Position numbers and translations under genes: made by a program
From: Octopus sinensis
Lineage: Eukaryota
Direction of reading: 5' to 3'
Assembly: GCF_006345805.1 (NCBI RefSeq)
Contig: NC_042998.1
Location: 97,712,001-97,776,000, forward strand
DNA length: 64,000 nt
Part shown: positions 60,585 through 64,000 of the stretch, piece by piece
How the letters are laid out: each line of letters begins with the position of its first letter
Numbering within the stretch: position 1 is the stretch's first letter
The notes under the pieces: model-generated
Told to the model about the DNA's origin: nothing
The model's input: only the letters and a program-made list of their open reading frames with translations
Databases searched by the model: none

Positions 60585-62150
60585 CAGGAAGTTAGGAGTA
60601 CAAGCCATGTACTGTGGTGCTGTCAGTAAGGTGAGAGTCGGCCATGAATACAATGGTGAATTTAGCGTACAAGTAGGGGTTTACCAAGGTTCACTTTTCA
60701 GCCCACTCTTATTCATTATAGTCCTCCAGGCCTTCAAAACTGGATGCCGTGGGAACTATTTTATGCTGATGACCTCACTCTTGTTGCAAAATCTTTAGCA
60801 CAATTGGAGAAGAAATTCCAGATATGGAAGCAAAACCTGAAATCAAAGGGCCTTAAAGTTAACCTAGCAATGACCAAAGTTGTTATTGACAAGAAAGAAG
60901 ATAAGACTCTTTCTGTCAGGTAAATGGCCCTGCTCAATATGCAGGAAAAGATTTGCAAGTAATTCCATTCTCTGCACCCAGTGTAAGCTATAGACATATA
61001 AGAGGTGCAATGGAATCACAGGGAGATTAATAGATAAAGCCATCTTCCTATGTGGCAGATGTGCAGGAACAATAAGTACTAAGAGCACACAGGACTTTGT
61101 TTCTCTCAAATGTCCAGGAGGCTCTCTTGAGGTTGTAGATAGTTTCTGTTACCTAGGTGACCAAATTAGTAATGGTGGAGGATGCTCTGAAAGTATTTTT
61201 TCTGGAATAAAATAGGATGGAGGAAGTTCAGAGAGCTATTACCACTGTTGGCAACAAAATGACTCTATCTAATAGTGAAAGGTAGATTGTGTGATGCTTG
61301 TGTATGAACAGCTATACTCCATGGTAATGAGACATGGGCTCTGAATGAAGAAGACATACATAGACTAGAGAGAAATGAAGGTAGTATACTCCATTTCATG
61401 TACAATATCAATGCACATATATGGCAAAGTGCAAATGTGTTGAGAGAAAAGTTGGGCGTTAGAGGAATCAAATGCAGTATGCAAGAGAGAAAACTACATC
61501 GGTTTGGACATGTGATGTGTATGAATGAGGACAGCTGCATAAAGAAGTGCTGGTCACTGAAAGTGAATGGTACCCGCAGAAGAGGGAGACACAGGAAGAC
61601 ATGGGATGAAGTAGTGAGAACTGATCTCAGGATGTTGGGTTTCACAGAGGAAACGACAATGGACCAAGATGTCTGGTGATATGAAGCTCTTGAGAAGACC
61701 TGCCCACATCAGTGAAACAGTTCTAGAAGCACTGTGTGTCCACACTTAACAAGAAAACTTCTCACACACCCTACCACAACAAAGCGCTGTGTGTTCTACC
61801 CACATGTAATAAGAAAATGTTTTACACGCTCTACCCCAACAAACCAAACTACATCTCTTCTCTTCCTCACATCTCTTTCATGCACAATGCTCACCTCTCA
61901 TTCCCCAATCCTGTCCTTATGGCCCTGTTCACTGAATCACTGCTATCTGGTAGCCTCCCACCCCTCTATATACCCAGGTTTTCACCACTCACTGCAGTCC
62001 TCTCCCCCACTCTTTGCTTATGCTTCTTTGGCAATGTCCTGCCACTTATATTAATACCTCCGTACCTCAAGGGTATGCCCTGTCATTCTCTTCTTCAACT
62101 CGACCATCCCATTTATGTTCTGATCCCTGTCTCTTGTGGGCATGCTCAGC
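60585..62150 (+). mobile_element. RTE LINE 3' part with long 3' UTR, old
   Basis: QGSLFSPLLFIIVLQ, YADDL-like and RFGHVM remnants. The UTR matches 790-1300. Confidence 0.88.
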
Positions 62151-62544
62151 ACTTTGTCACCATCACTTTGTCACCAAATAAGTGATAACCAAGATTGTGA
62201 TAGCAAGTGAGTGATGGATGTCCATAAAAGAATGACTTGAGGGAGTGGAAATCAAAACTAGCAGTGGCAGAATGCAAATGGAGAGGTGTATTGGATGTTA
62301 ACAGATTCAATGTAATCCCTTGTTATCCAGGAGAGAAACTGTTAGAGAGATACAGACACTAGTGGGAAGACTGGATATGGAGAGATGGTAATGTTTTCCC
62401 TCATCACATGAGTAGTATAGTACAATGAATAGAAGAGTAGACAATAGAGGGGCGAGAGGGTATTTTAAATAAGCAAGAGGGGTAGTAGAAAGTGACTGGA
62501 AATACAAAATTGAAGAAAAGCCTAGCTGTAGATATTTACAGAAT

Positions 62545-62745
62545 GTTCATTGTGTGGTAAGTATATATGTATATATATATGTATATGTCTGTGTTTGTCT
62601 GCCCACCATTGCTTGACAACTGATGTTGGTGTGTTTATGTCTGATAGAATAAGTACTAGGCCCACAAAGAATAAGTCCTGGGCTTGATTTGTTCAACTAA
62701 AGGTGGTGCTCCAGCATGGCCACAGTCAAAATGACTGAAAAATAA
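62545..62745 (+). mobile_element. SINE family A 3' half
   Basis: 'gcttgacaactgatgttggtgtgttt...aggtggtgctccagcatggccacagtc'. Confidence 0.8.
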
Positions 62746-62989
62746 AAAATGAAAATTCATTGTATTTTCTAGATGTGTTGTATGCAACCAATGGAGCCCA
62801 TGCTGAAGTATTCTGGTGTTTTTAATAAAACTTTATTTGCCAATAAATTTTGCTGAGTTATCCATATTTTTAATTTTTTAATTTATTTTTCTATTGTACA
62901 GATTAATTATGGATGCCTTGTATATTATATATTTCACCCCCCTACTCCATTTCTGATGATAAACAAACTTCATCAGACACTTTGTCCAC

Positions 62990-64000
62990 CTTCCATAAGT
63001 ATTTGCCTTTTCTCCACCAATGCATGTTGCCAATCCTTGTGGAATGCTCTCATCTCCTTCATGAGATACAAAATCTTGATCTGTTTTCACCACTTTGTCC
63101 TAAATCTTCCTTAGCCTGCCTCTTCTATAGCTTTCATTTACCTTCAATGAGTGGCACTTCTTTATACAGCTGTCATCCTTAATGTGCATCACATACCCAT
63201 ATCAGTATGTTATACAGAGAGCATGAATGATGCATCTGATTTCTGTTATATGCAACTTTTCTCTCAGCTCATTTATACCCCATTGCTCATGCGCACAAAC
63301 ATTATACATCTAGCAGAGCATGTCCACAATTTTTCACTCTAGTCTTTGCAAATCCTCTGCATTGTAGGCCCATATCTCACTAACATGCTGCATTGAACCT
63401 TGGTAACAAAAGAATTTCAGCTACTTCTAGGGAGCTTCCCAAGTATTTGAGAGAATCTGTTTTTCATCAGTTCTTAGTGTTTATTATCCTTGTGCATTTA
63501 TCACATTTAACATCTTCCTTCTGTTAGTCTGCCTGTTATTCCTCTACAATTCTTATGCATCTTTACACTGAGAAAATTGTACAAAGTTTAAATACCCCAT
63601 CTCTGCATATCAAGCATGGTCAATTCTAAGAGTATACCAAGATCTTGTCTTTTCTCTTATTCTGTTAAGTCTACTTTAAGGCCTCTTATTTTGTTTCTTT
63701 ATCTGAAATTTAAAAAAAATTACTATAGTTTTGCCTATGAGAACTATATCATCGGCATATAGGAGTTCCCATGGACAAGTGTCTTATACTTTTCTTATAG
63801 TTTAGAAGGGGTTGAGGACTGAGCCCTTATGTGGCCCAAATTTACACAAACTCATCACTATGTTGATTGAAAATTCTTACCATAGTCTGTACAAGCCTTA
63901 CAAGCCATTCATCTACACTTAGCTTGATTAACAACCACCAAATCACAGAGGAAAAGACTCAGTTAAAAGTCTTTTCCAGATTAGTGAAAGCTAGGTAAAG
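62990..64000 (-). mobile_element. RTE LINE RT fragment, old, running off the window end
   Basis: Minus strand LYLAFTNLEKTF, DEWLVRLVQTM and WELLYADDI. Confidence 0.85.

Overview
AT-rich, microsatellite-dense eukaryotic DNA. The repeat families look like those of octopus (cephalopod), which is my recollection, not a database result. I could not confidently identify any host protein-coding gene. Most six-frame ORFs are translated microsatellites or broken transposon frames. The window is a mosaic of retroelements: several RTE LINEs, three groups of Penelope-like elements (PLEs), an R4/Dong-like element, a CRE-like element and three tRNA-headed SINE families. It also holds DNA transposons (Tigger/pogo, maT-type Tc1/mariner, hAT MITE, Helitron). 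The most notable signal is a set of about ten candidate self-cleaving ribozyme motifs. These include minimal type I hammerheads in head-to-head fold-back PLE terminal repeats, one of them a perfect spacerless 326-bp palindrome. Two loci (plus one weaker) have all three hammerhead helices forming, but with the strands in a non-circularly permuted, pseudoknotted order (41370-41427, 53435-53496, 19652-19701). The 3' half of an HDV-like ribozyme sits at the 5' end of an RTE. All structures were paired by eye and none has been tested. Repeat boundaries are approximate unless stated.
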